From Ranitomeya imitator (taxonomy: Eukaryota): a DNA stretch of 64,000 bases. A program made the position numbers and the translations under genes. Positions within the stretch are counted from its first letter, which is position 1. Every line of letters starts with the position of its first letter. Positions 1 to 13,100 of the stretch are shown in pieces. The notes beneath the pieces were generated by a model. The model was not told where the DNA came from. It saw only the letters and a program-made list of their open reading frames with translations, and ran no database searches. The stretch covers positions 21,204,001 to 21,268,000 of the forward strand of contig NC_091290.1 in the NCBI RefSeq assembly GCF_032444005.1. The letters are read 5' to 3'.

Positions 1-16
1 GCATGTGTGATCCCGG

Positions 17-455
17 CCTAATACTGCTCCTATGTACAAGAATATAACAACTATAATACTGCTCTCATGTATTGTAGTTATATTCTGATAATACTGCCCC
101 TATGTACAAGGATATAATTACTATAATACTGCCCCTATGTACAAGAATATAACTACTATAATACTGCCCCTATGTACAAGATTATAACTACTATAATACT
201 GCCCCTCTATGTACAAGAATATAACTGCTATAATACTGCCCCTCTATGTACAAGAATATAACTGCTATAATACTGCTCCTGTGTACAAGAATATAACTAC
301 TATAATACTGCTCCTATGTACAAGAATATAACTACTATAATACTGCTCCTATGTACAAGAATATAACTACTATAATACTGCCCCTATGTACAAGAATATA
401 ACTACTATAATACTGCTCCTATGTACAAGAATATAACTACTATAATACTGCTCTC
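17..455. repeat. 35-bp AT-rich minisatellite (TATGTACAAGAATATAACTACTATAATACTGCCCC), ~12 copies, in the last LDHA intron
   Basis: Tandem unit read directly; array may continue left of the window. Confidence 0.92.
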
Positions 456-524
456 ATGTATTGTAGTTATATTCTGATAATGCTGCCCCCTACATGATAT
501 TCACCTTGTATACCTCTTTTTCAG

Positions 525-689
525 GGAATGTACGGCATAAAGGAGGACGTCTTCCTCAGCATCCCCTCCGTTTTGGGTAACCAGGGCATCACCGATGTGG
601 TGAACATGACCCTAAAGCCTGATGAAGAGGAGCGTCTCAGGAAGAGCGCAGACACTCTCTGGTCTATCCAGAAGGAGCTGCAGTTTTAG
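525..689 (+). CDS. LDHA: L-lactate dehydrogenase A, final coding exon (rest of gene left of window)
   Basis: ttttcag acceptor, then [54 protein letters not shown]. The QKELQF end is LDHA-type, and the position next to TSG101 matches known synteny. Confidence 0.9.
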   Translation, partial: GMYGIKEDVFLSIPSVLGNQGITDVVNMTLKPDEEERLRKSADTLWSIQKELQF

Positions 690-3600
690 GCCGCTCTCGT
701 CTGCTCCCGTGTCCGCTGTCGTTGTCTCAGTTGTGTCTTTACGTTGCACTTTCTGAGTAGGTCAATTCCCTTGTGTCCTGATCATCTGTATTCGTGAAGT
801 TGTCGTCAGTAATGTCCCGATCTGCGCCGGCCGCCGGAGCGTAACACCGCATCGTGTGGTATTGCATAATAGCACTAGGTTGGGGGAAAAGGGTTCAATC
901 AATGACCTCTGGGATTAACAAATCCATCACATTCGTGTCCATTAAAACATCTTCCCGGCCCAAAAGAACAAATGGTCCCAATTCATACTTAAGAGACCAC
1001 TTTGGTGGATTTAAAGGGGTCCTACCCCTATTTTTGAAAAATCTGCTTAATAAAGCAGACTGGCTGTCCTTCCCTTCTCTGCCAATCCAGGTTTGGTCTT
1101 GTTGCTATGGATGTATACAATGCCTAACAACCCTTTTTAAATCTGGTTGTCAGGAAGTATTTCCATAGCAACCAGGTTGTCTCAGATTACCCTGTTCTTA
1201 AAATAAGACCACTGACAGAGGGTAAGAAGGATTACCAATACTGAAACCCTGCTACCCATACTATATTAAGTCAGATTTTTGTGTAAAAAGTAAGTGAAGG
1301 AGATCCCCTTTAAGTGACATTGTACCTCAATATGGCTGCCTTCACTCCATTATTGTCCACTGACCAAGGAGGATCCTTGGACGATCCAGAAGAGTCTGGA
1401 TGGTTGTTTACAGGGATGATATTTCACATCCAGAATTATGTTCCCACCACCGAAGAGAAGCTATAGGATATAATGACTGTCTGTGTCTTGTGTGTTGCCT
1501 TCACTTCCATCCAAGGAAAGTTAAAGATTAAAAGGCAACATGGATTTGACACTAATAAAATGGATTTTGGAACTTAGTCTGTGCAGTTCTGGGTCTTTCA
1601 TTCTATCCTTAAAGGGCCACTAACATAAAAAAAAAGTCAATGATCATGGAGGCATGTATCTATTTTGACTTCCCATTAAACCATACAGCCGGGCTGAAAT
1701 GGATGATAACAGGGAGTAATAGATCACATTCTGCTACACGGATCTGGGGCCGATTAATTAAGACTGGAGTATAATGCACCTAATTAAGAGGGGTATGCCA
1801 TGTAAAGAACTGAATGCATCTTCTGAGGTTCGAACCTAGACAGAAATGGCTACAGGATCCCCTTTAAGTCATTTTTGGCTTGCTGGCAGTATTTTTTTTT
1901 TTTTTTTTTCTTGGCATCTGAAGGCAGAAAATTCCTAACTGCATACACGGGACAACTGCAGGACATCTGCATGTCAGAGTTTTGCAGCCATAATTAGGAA
2001 AATTTTTTTTTTTTTTTTTTTTCTTTAAAGCCCCTGAATGCAGATAATGGTTCCGGTCACTGACAGCAAGCAGTGGAAAAAATTAAGATTGCAAAACTTT
2101 ATTTAATATAATGAATGAGCTTTAATAACATGTGGAATTTATTCCCCCGTATTGTCGTCCAGCTGGAACAAAACGGCGAATATCTGGACAAACTGTCACA
2201 GCAATCATTTGCTCAATCACAGACCTCAATGGGTTAACACTAACGATCATTAGTCCGCTCATTAATCATTTTAATATCCTAGCAGCCGTCCATTAGACAC
2301 TGGTTCCCATTTCTCAGGTGTGACAAGTAGTAATTCAGCTCTCACATTATCGGGAGAGTTATCTGGATAAACTTTGGACCTTTTTGTAAACACCAAGAGG
2401 TTTTTTTTTTTTTTTTTCTTGGCACAAAATCAAGGGGTTTATCGCTTTGGTTTAATGACATCTCCCATGATGATTTGCAGCAGTCTGAAAAATGGAAGTT
2501 TTAACCTGATAAGTGGGGGAGGGGAGAGCAAAAAAAAATTGCAAAAAGCCTCACTTTACATTGTCACAGATTTTATGCTGCGCCTTCTGTGCAAATGTAA
2601 CTTTTTTTTTCTTCTAAGTAGCTTGTGGATGAGATTTGGGCTTTTTGCAGGCCGATGCATGGGACGGCCAAGGGTCTACTGACTTGGAACTCGACACCTC
2701 ATACGTGTCCGTGAGGCTCTAAAGACCACGGCTGGTTCATACTTGGACCACGAAAGACAGATGTGTGACTTTAGCCTTAGTAGAATCTGGCACCGTAATA
2801 CGCTGACTATTTTCTGAGTGTAAGAACCAGAAACACACAGAGGGGGCTACAGCAGCTTAAGTGTTTCTCTTCCCAGTGTTGGATTCACAGCTACACTGCT
2901 CAGTACTAATGTATAGTGTCCTCCATGCTGCTGCTTCTGAATAGGTTCGACAGAGGCCAGTATCTGGTGACTGATGGGGAAACATCATAGCAGCTAGTAG
3001 GAAAAACTGGTGGAAATGCAGAATGCAAGACCTGAAATGGCATTATTCCTTGAGTACACACTCAGATACGACAGGTACACTATAGTTCCATATAGTGGTG
3101 AGAAACATCTGAGATGAGTATCGGATAGGGGTCTGACATGTCCCCTTCATGTGTTACTAGGTACAGTGGTTAATATATAATGGTAGCAGCTGTCCCCCAA
3201 TATTATAGCTCAGAGCCGCTATTGAAAAGTCCATATAAAGATGACAATATGCATCTCTCCTGGTCTCACCCAGAACTATTCTCTCATTTTAATAAAAGCA
3301 ACACAAAAGAAAGAATTAGTATTTCTTTAATACATATTAATAAAATTATTCACATACAGGTGGATTTGATGCTGTGTCCGCACAGCAAGAAGCTCCAGGT
3401 GCACTGTACAGCCGCTTCACATACAAATATAGACAGGGCAAAAAAATGCTCAAATTACAGGCAAATGAATCCTGACGTACGGCCTCCTCTGCAAAGCCAG
3501 CGCTGGACGGAAAACCTTCCTATGGCGGAGATTTGCAGCTCGCCCATCGCCCCTTAGCCATGGAGTGATCAGCGTTCACTTAGTGTAATATATTGGTGCG

Positions 3601-4038
3601 AAGCAGCAAATCTCAGCAAACGGAAACCTTTCCTGTTAAAGAAAATATTATATTTGTACAAATCGGACCCCTATACTCGGCCCGCTACACAATGACCTAA
3701 CCGGTAACCAGAAAATCTAGTAAGCTATACAGAAGTCGCGGACGTCCTCGTACCCCCTGTACATGATTCATCCCCGCCCCATCCTCTCTTCTCAGTACCG
3801 GCCAGAGGAACAACAAGTACTATAATGTCCGCCGCTCTTCTGGTTACCTCGCTGTGTGATACAACCTAAGACAAAGTGCATCGCTCTGAGACCACCGCCC
3901 TCACCAGCAGAAAACTAAACATCAGTTTTTCTTTTTTCATTATTTTTCTTTTTTTTTTTTACAATAACTTAACCCAAATCTCTAATGATCTCAGGAATTG
4001 AGGAAAAAAAAATAAAAATTAGGGGGGGAGGGTTGATG

Positions 4039-4128
4039 TTAATACAGATCGCTCAGTCCGGCCGTCTTCCTGGCTTTCTGCATCAGCGCCCGGAGCTGGA
4101 ACTGCTTGCGGGACAGGAGGCGGACGTG
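4039..4128 (-). CDS. TSG101: TSG101 exon 10
   Basis: [29 protein letters not shown]; ttctag acceptor. Confidence 0.96.
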   Translation of the reverse strand, partial: HVRLLSRKQFQLRALMQKARKTAGLSDLY

Positions 4129-7100
4129 CTAGAAAAAAAGCAGAAAAGACTTTGGTAAGTAAGGAAAAAAATGTACGCAGCACACAAATAGCTGAACCCA
4201 AAAGGAGAAGTCGTGTCACACACTAAAATAGCATTTCCCAAGCTGCTGCAGAACCTCTCACGAGGCTTCCCCTAGAACAGCCTGAAAACGAGAGACTGGG
4301 ATCCAAGAGGAACTGCCCTGAGCAGAGTAAACTCCTCTGTTAGATTTTTTTTTCCCCGCTAGTGGGTGGCTGACGACAGAAAATAATAGATAATACTGAA
4401 ATTCAGGCGCAGATGGACCCTTGGCTTCTATTAATGATCGGTAGTGGACATCGGACTCTCGGCATTTTAGTAAGACGCACCTTGAGAAAGACGTCCAGGT
4501 CTATTACGCCACGTCTCAGTGCTTCCCCCAGGTAAAAGATGGTGTCTTCTATAGCGTTCTCCTCCGCGTACAGGTTCAGGATCTGCTTATAGAGCGGTGC
4601 TGTCGGCACGATCACCTCGTCGATGTCTCTGTACTCGGACTGGCTCTCCATCTTCTCCACTACCGCTCCCAGCTCCTCGTCTTTCTTTCTTAGGGTTTCA
4701 ATATTTTTATCCACTTCCGTCTGATGGGAAGATAGAAAAATTCTGATATGAAAGCAGAAACTGCAGAAGAGTCCTGATTATGGGGCATATTGTGAACAGC
4801 TCGGTCCTCCATGCACAGTAGCCCTCGGCCAACTGGCCGGTCACGCAGCCACATTCACCGCTTTGTAGGCTACACCCGTCCTTGCTACATCTGTTTTTGG
4901 GAACATTAGGTGACACTATTGGATCCAAAAAAATGGAAACATACAGTTCAAAGGCAGAACCCCGACCATAAATATGATAAGTCACGAATTACCACTTCCT
5001 GGTCCAGCCGGGTGACCATCTCCTCCAGCTTCTGGTGGCCTTTCTTCAGATCCTCCTCGGTGCGCTTCAGGGCATTCAGCTCGGCCTGAGCGCGATCTAT
5101 TTCTTCCTTCATCCTCCATCTTAACTTGTCACTTACAGCAGAAATAAGGGAGGCCCGGATTGTGTCCTCACCAATGGTGCCGTCTCGGGCTGGACCTGAG
5201 GGCCAACAACAACGAATTATAACCTCATTAGGTATGACAGCATCGGACCACTCAAGGGGACATCATAGTCCCTAGCCTTTCAGTAGAAGCAATAGCGCCT
5301 GTAATCCTACAAATTCTCCGCTTCCGGCAATGATTTCTACCCAGTGGACCAAATACAGCACACGTCACTCTCTGGGCCACGGGCCAAATCTGGCCCACAG
5401 GGTGATTACATTTGGCCAGCGGGAAGTACCTGATGAGAAATTAAATTTGGCCGGTGAGGTAGAGAGGGAGCGTCCCTTTCATAGAGATGCCCCCGAGTCA
5501 GTAATGACCAGGAGAACTCGTGATTGCCGGAGGCGGGGGGCACACGTCTGAGGGGCTAGCTATGAGAGGATCACAAGGGCGAGGTAGGAGCAAAACCAAA
5601 AGATTTCAAGGTGGTGGTGATGCCAATATGAGACAAGACGAGGGCGAGCACTGGCCATTAACGCAGCTTTTCACTTGTGGGAAGTTTCCTTGGTGGCAGA
5701 TGTGAGCGGTCATGCTGGTAGAATTGTATAAACACCGAGCCATTCCCGCCCCATAATGGTGGGATTGCCTAACAAACAAAACATCCGTGCATGTGTTGCG
5801 GCTGTCAAACATCAGCGAGACATGCAGCCGCTATTAGCACCTGAGCATGCTCAGATAACACCTTATTATCCAAGCAAGTTTGCTCATCAATAATGAGATT
5901 TTCTGACCTGTGGCAATAGGATTTGGATTTTCGGCTTGTAAGAGCACCCACAGTGAATCAGTCCTGTGTGGAGATCCACGAGATGTGCAGCCGTGTCGGC
6001 TCCCTGGCTATATGCCATTTTCACCATTCTGCCTATCCTTCCTCTCATATCTAGGCATCAGCATTCTTCCTTCATTACCAGTCTCATCTCCCGATACTCG
6101 GACCCCCTCACCCTCTAATACACCCCCATATATTCACCTCTGCACTGCAGTTTCCCACTTATTACTATTTTACCCCTTAACAATTGATCCTGCCCCCCCT
6201 CCTCTATCCCCTTCCAATATCTTCGCTATATTTGATAAGGCAAAACATCCTCAATTGTGGATATTTTTTTTTATAATCCAGATTAAGGTTGGCCATCAGA
6301 TTTTAATTTTTGCCCTCTGAGTTTGACATCCCTGATATAGAGGGATTGTAGCCGCCACTGGCTCACGATTATCGCATGAGCCCCAAAATCTACAATATCT
6401 GTGCAGGATAATAAAAGGAGGGTCCACTATCCGTTACCCCTCGGTAAAGGTTTCTGGAGGGTCTCAGTAGTGATTATGGGGGAGGTGTACATACATTAAG
6501 GACTTTCTAAGCTGTGGTTGATAGATCTTCAGAAAGGCTGGCTGCAACAATGTGTGCAGAGCCAAAAAAGACATTAAAAAAAGTCTAAAGATCCACAAGA
6601 CCCTGACCTGCAAGAAAAAGGTCCTTAGACCTGATGGAAAGAGATCTTATGATAACAGATCCTGCAATCTAATCTGGGGATTGCACGAAGGGCGGTTTAG
6701 ATCAATTGTCAGCCGGATCGTAAATCCCGCGTGCAGATATCGCCTACAAGCTGTCACCGTCAGCACAGGAGGTCGGCCATGCACTCAGCACGTGGCAGGA
6801 GACGACCGCACATCCTGCACCACCAAAGACAGCGGCGAGAGCAGATCGCCCCTGTGTATTCACAGTAATGGAGGACTGACGCCAGTTATGAAGTCTTTGA
6901 ACCCTTTTTTGCTGAATACGGGGGGCTCCGGTTTCATTTATGTATGCATATTAAATATAATTTAGGGTTGAAAATACACAACTGCTTCCTGCCTGAATTA
7001 GCGCCACCCCTGACCATTGGCTGTGCCTGGTATTGCAGATCACATCTAGAGCTCTTTGCGCTTGCAGTTCCTTGAATAACCAGTGACTAGGTGTGGCGCT

Positions 7101-10100
7101 GTTGCCGTAGTAAAATTTTTGGCCATTTTATCTCTATTTTTTAAGCCCGATGTACGAGAATTGTGGCGTACAATGTAAGCCAAATAATAGGTGGTGTAAA
7201 CACAGACCCCAAATTGAGCCCCCGTGATAAAGGTGGCACGTTATAAGACGGTCAGGTCTCAGTTTCCACTGACTAATAATTAGACTGTATTGCTCGATCT
7301 GCCCCAACGTGAGAAAGCCTTTCATTTCGGCAGTAACCCTTCGTTGTGACCTAGACGTGACCCCGTAGCATTTCACTATTTTTATCTCGGCGGTGTTGGC
7401 TTTGTGCCATCTGGGCCAAAATCTCCTTTAACCTTTATAGCAAACGGCGTCAGGTTACAACAGCGCTGGACGTACAGTACGGGGGATGTGCAAGGACAGA
7501 GGGTGAGCCTGGTAAATGTACATCAATGGCTGCACCCAGCGATCACCGTCGGGCTCCGCCAAAGATCCCATGTGGATATAGGGGGAAACTGCATTTAATT
7601 TGAGCCCATAAACCGGTGCAGGTAGCACCTGGCGGCCATTTATCTTGACCTAGTGAAGACATATGATTATTATTCAGCGATTATTGCACATTTTTATAGT
7701 ACATCAGATCGGTGGGGGTCCGGCACCTGGTACCCACCACTGATCACCGTCAGCCGGATGTGAACACTGTAGTAGCTGCTGCAGAGTTTGGCAGCTCAGC
7801 ACATCCACTTTATAGGAGCAGATCTGCAGTACCAGGAGCAGCCACTAGACTGTGGTGGGCGCTGTGCTGTTCTGGCCCCAAACTCTGTTCCAGAAGGAAC
7901 AACAGAGGAACAATACAACACAGAAATTCTGATTACAATAATTGGTTCTGTTAGAAGTCAATTTTTAAGAAATATAATCCCGCAATCCCTTGCAGTAATT
8001 ACTCTGAGCTCCGCAAAAAAAAATAACCCGTCCTGTTCTGGTGAGATCACTTCTCAGCAGTTGTCTCCGTTATCACAGGGAAGAATACAACATGTAGGAA
8101 GATGTGCACTCCCCAAAATTTGATTAAAAAAACAAGCCCTTGCATAAAAAAGAAAAACAAAAAAAAAGTCTTGGAATACAGCAACAGAATTTTTACCTTT
8201 TTATTACTTTTATTGTGCTGAATAAAACAAAAAATAACAATCTGCATTTGGTATTGCTGCCATTCTATGAATCAGAAGACACAATGACCAAGCAGTTTTT
8301 GCTTTACCGTGCTAGCTAAGGGGTTAATATGTGGAGCCTTGTACTTGGGCCCTTAATGAGGTCAATGAGATTGTCTGATGAAAGGCCGCAAATATGAGCG
8401 GAGAGAAGACGCTAATCACAGTGGTCAGGTTATGAAACACCAGTATCAATGGAGATGGATTTATTGCCAGTTGTATAATTGCCGATGAATAAAGTTCTCC
8501 AGAAGTCAGAAAACACAAGAACATAACAACCAGACCAACCCCGGACAGGAAAAAACCTGCGGGAGCGCAACGCCTTCTCCTGGCTGAAAAGTATAAGATG
8601 CAGAGCGCTGCCTTCTAGTGGCTCAACGCCGACCTCTTAACCCCTTCAATGCTAGGGTACTTGGTAACAGTTTATCTATCACCTAAACTCTAGAATAAAA
8701 AAATAACGTAGTTCCCCCCACATTATGAATGTGCCACTCACCTCTTTACCGCTGTGGTCGCCCTTGTGTTATTTTACATCAATACGTTACAGTTGACAAA
8801 GAATAAAAAAAAAAAAGCTGGACCCCAAGTCAGATGTACGGATATGAGGTCTTCAATGATCGGTAACTGACGTGACCAGGGTTGGACAGAGGCAGAGACG
8901 AGATTCTTGACTTCTACCATTACGCTCCCCCTCCTCTTGCCTTGTACACAGAAGTCTCATAAAGGATCCACACGTTATACTGAAGTCGGCCAAACCCCCA
9001 GGATTGGCTGATAGTCTTATGTGTTTGGGGGTCTCCCGACATTGGAATTACAATGTCCCCGGACATACTCCTGTATATGGAGGAGTTGGGAGAGTTATCG
9101 GTCAGCCTAATGGATCACTCAGCTGTTCACTTTCCATTTTATATGGGGGGCGTTACAACTTTTCATCCTGCCCTGACATCAAATGAGCGCTGCCCCCCGA
9201 ATGTTAAAAATGAAGTTTTGACCACGTGAACACCGAGACTCTGAGTTCTACCATGACGTCTTTAAAAAAAAAAAAAAAAAAAGGGGGGTAACGCAAAGAT
9301 CATCTGTGGCAGCGGTACTCACCGGAGTTGGTAACTTGAGGATGAGGAGCAGGCTGCTGCTGAGGATAAATCTGGGGGCCGGATGTTGGGGGGTATGATC
9401 CACCAGCTGGATAGTAGCCAGGATACCCACTATGAACAGAAACCAGACAATTATCAGAGTCAATTCACCTTTGCGGTCAAAAGGCAGAAAATGTGACGAA
9501 GGCTGGCCATATACGAGAAAGCCAGCGTCTGACAACTATGACCCGTCTCCCCCCATACATATGAACGCTCAGGGGTCCTATACAGGCTGCGATGACAGAA
9601 ACATGGGGAGGAAACTGATTAATACATCAGAAAATTGTAAACTTAAATATTTCTCATCTGTTTGTATTACATGGCATTTACTGTACCTTGGGTTGGACGG
9701 GAGACCTGCCGATTGGTAAGGGGGGATGGCGCCGGGCATGTACGAGGCTGAAATACACATGGAAAAGAATTATCAACGATGGAAGGATAAACCGAGCGAA
9801 TATCGGAAAGTAATAACGGAGCAAGATGGATTATTTCATATGTGGAGGACTAAGGAACCACATGACATTGCGACGCCATCATCATTAGATAAGTCTAACC
9901 GGTCCCGTGATCTTCCCCTGAAACACTCTGCGCTCCATCCACAATGTAGAATAATCAGAGGCTGACGTCTGCCGTCATTTCTACAATCATGAAGTCTATG
10001 GAATATTACGGTGGGCACTCGTGGCACAAAGAGTTAATACTCACTGTTGGGAGGGCCGGTGGCCGGGTACATGTATGGCGCTGGTGCAGATCGAGAAAAG

Positions 10101-13100
10101 ACTGGTGGCTCCTCTCCAAATACGACAATCAGGATCTGAATTAACCCCAGCAGGTCTGACGGAGGCTGCGGAGAGAGAAGAAAGCGGTGACTACTCCTCC
10201 TCTGTGGCCCGGCTGCAAGCATCACATTCTCATCGAGTCACGTTCTGTTTCCGTCACACCGAGCTGCTCTTCAGTCAGAACAAAGAGGCCGGCGATACCA
10301 GGTACCCGGCCAGTACCGAGCATAAAGGAAAAAAACGGAATAGTAAAGCCTCTGCACATACTGTAGTATATATCTATATACATCACTTGTGACCTTGGTG
10401 GGTTTTAATTGGTGCTGTGACCACTTCCGATAACTGGGTCCGGCCACGGCTGCCGGGTACGGAGAGGCGCTATGCATGAAGGTCTCTTTATTAAAGGGGG
10501 TGTCCATCAATTCGGGGCCTCAAAAAATAAAAACTATTTATACTCACCTCCCACAGCAAAGTTGGATCTCCTGTTCCTGGTGGGTGACAATTCGTTGTTG
10601 TGTTACAAGACCGCTGCAGTCGATCAGCTGTTGGCCATCAATATTCTGGCAGAGCGGATGTCCTGACAAAATAGCAGAGGCTGCAGCCAGTCAGCGGACA
10701 CAGACTGGCTGCAGTGCTCGGGTAACAATGCGAGTGGCAGGAGACCCGGTGCCAGTTTATGAGGAGAGTAACACCTTTTCTTGCTTTACTCGGGAATTTA
10801 AGAAGAGGTTGTTCAAGTAATGACGTCCATTCAGGCTTTCCACAGATCAGAATAAACCCCTTGATCAATTTCCTATATAAAGAATAACTGCTCTCACAGT
10901 AAACAATCCTGCCTGCAGACGGACATCATCTCTGTTCTGTCCATGAATAAATCTATACACAGGTGACCCCGACGCTGAGCAGAGACCTGGGACCGGACGT
11001 ACGGCAGCCCCGAGGACGCTTCTAGCAGGCGACTGTACTCACGTGTTTCCATTCGTGCAGATACGGGAGGTAGATCTTGCCGTTAGCGTCTACATGTTTT
11101 CCGGTTTTTATGGTCATCGTACTGGTGGGTTTCACAAAGCAGATTGGGGGGTTGTAGGGGTAGGTGTCCAGCAGCCAGAGACATATGGGGATATTGTATG
11201 TGTTACCTAAAGCAAACGGAAACGAAAGAGAACACGTTCGATATCTAACAACTACAGATACACAGCTGCCACCATAATCTCTATAGCAGTGCGGCCTGCA
11301 GCTCTTCAGGTACCACAACTCCCAGCATAACTGCGTAGAACAATTATCGCCTTGCTCATGATTGCACGGGTGCAGCAACAGCGATGAAGAGTTCAACACG
11401 ACCGCGAACCTCATCAGTCCGGACAGTGTCCAATAGCGCAATATTTCTAAGTCTCCGTCATCCCAGGACTTACCTTTATACGCTACAGGGATGGTGCCCG
11501 AGAGGCTGAGCAGTTCTCTGGAGGTGCCATCATTGAAAACTACAAGGAGAAACATCAATTAGTCACTATTCCATGATGTCTCCTAAATTCTAGTGCTGGG
11601 TATTGGTCTATGTCTGCACAGGAGCAGCTGCCCCTCGCCTTCTCGTTGGGACAGGTGCTGCTTGACATCTCAGGGGGATGAGTAAATCTAAAGTTTGGGA
11701 CTCCCTTTTACTCAAACTCATTACTTTTTTTGCTTACGGCAGTCACTTTTTAAAGATCCCTCCTTGCTGTCAGTGAATGGAACATTTTACCTGCACCCAA
11801 ACACTGCAACAAAACTGCATAGAAGCGCTATTGCCATCACATAAGGTGGTAGTATGCGCCACCACACTACCATTAGTGGGGATCTGACGTCTACGACACT
11901 GAAAATATAAGGACGTGACTTGCGTCCCCTCTAACACCGCACAGCAGGACAAACGGCCCCCCAGCTGTGCAGGGATCTGCTGGAGACTCCATGTACCAGA
12001 ATGGAGCAGTGCCGCAGTTCCCTCCAGTGAGGGTATGAGGAGCGACACCAGCATAGATTCATCTCCATTGGTCCAAAGGCCGGACCCCCATCGACCACAA
12101 AGTGATAACATACCCCAAATATTTGCCATCACTTTTCAAGATGGGAATACCCTTGGATTTATAAGGCAGCAATGACCGTATTCCACCAAGAGACCTCTGC
12201 TCTAATCTTACGCCTTGTGTTAGTTTTGATAAATTCCCATTATTTCCTCGTAGTCACAGCTGAAGGTCGATTTCCTATGTGCAGAACAGGATTTTTAGGT
12301 CCTGGCAGGCGCTGGCGTCCATCATTGACATTCTCCTTTGTAGTGACCATGAGACAGAGACCACTTTGTCCCAAGCATGAAACCACAGAGCGGCTGCTGC
12401 ACCTCCCCCCATAGGATCAGACCCCCTGTCATCGCCGTCAGGGTGGGATAGGGCCGCTCAAATAGATACGTGATAAAATCAGTTTTGATGCAAGGAGCAT
12501 AGGATGTGCCCAAGAGGGTGACTGTGTCGTGGTCCCCAGGACAGGACACAAACTCTCGCTACCGCCCCCTGCAGACATCAGTCACGTACCATAATGGTCA
12601 GGTAATGGCTTGAGGTCTCTGTAGAGCCCGGTGACATTCATGATCTCCCGCACCGACAGATCTCTGTATTTGTACTAAAACCAAGCAGACAAAAAAAAAA
12701 AATTACAAATCACAAGAAGAAGCCCCATCGGCCTCAGATGCATCCCTTCAATGTGAATGTGCAGCATCAAACACTATTTTATCTTTTTGTAATGTTAAAT
12801 CGGCCTCAACATTTTGATCCAATACATTTTCTATATATTTATAGGTCACTGGTACATTGCTCCAAATCTTATGCACAGAGATGGTTACATGATACAATTC
12901 TGTCTTCCTGCAGCCACCACTAGGGGGAGCTCATTGAGTACAGTTTTATTATTGGGTTCATTATATAGACAGCATGCAGGAAGCTGCCCCTAGTGGTGGC
13001 TGTATGGTGTTACAATGTCTCTGGCCCCCATGCGTGCACTCTATGTGTAGCTGACATCCATCTACTAGAACAGGGAGGATATAACGTGCGGACGCCGATA

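Noticed and set aside
690-4038. LDHC/LDHAL6A-type genes between LDHA and TSG101
   Set aside because: No LDH-like exons seen in this 3.3-kb interval, as expected for a non-mammalian locus
11022-11558. 178-aa ORF containing TSG101 sequence
   Set aside because: It is exons 3 and 4 joined by read-through of intron 3, not a separate gene
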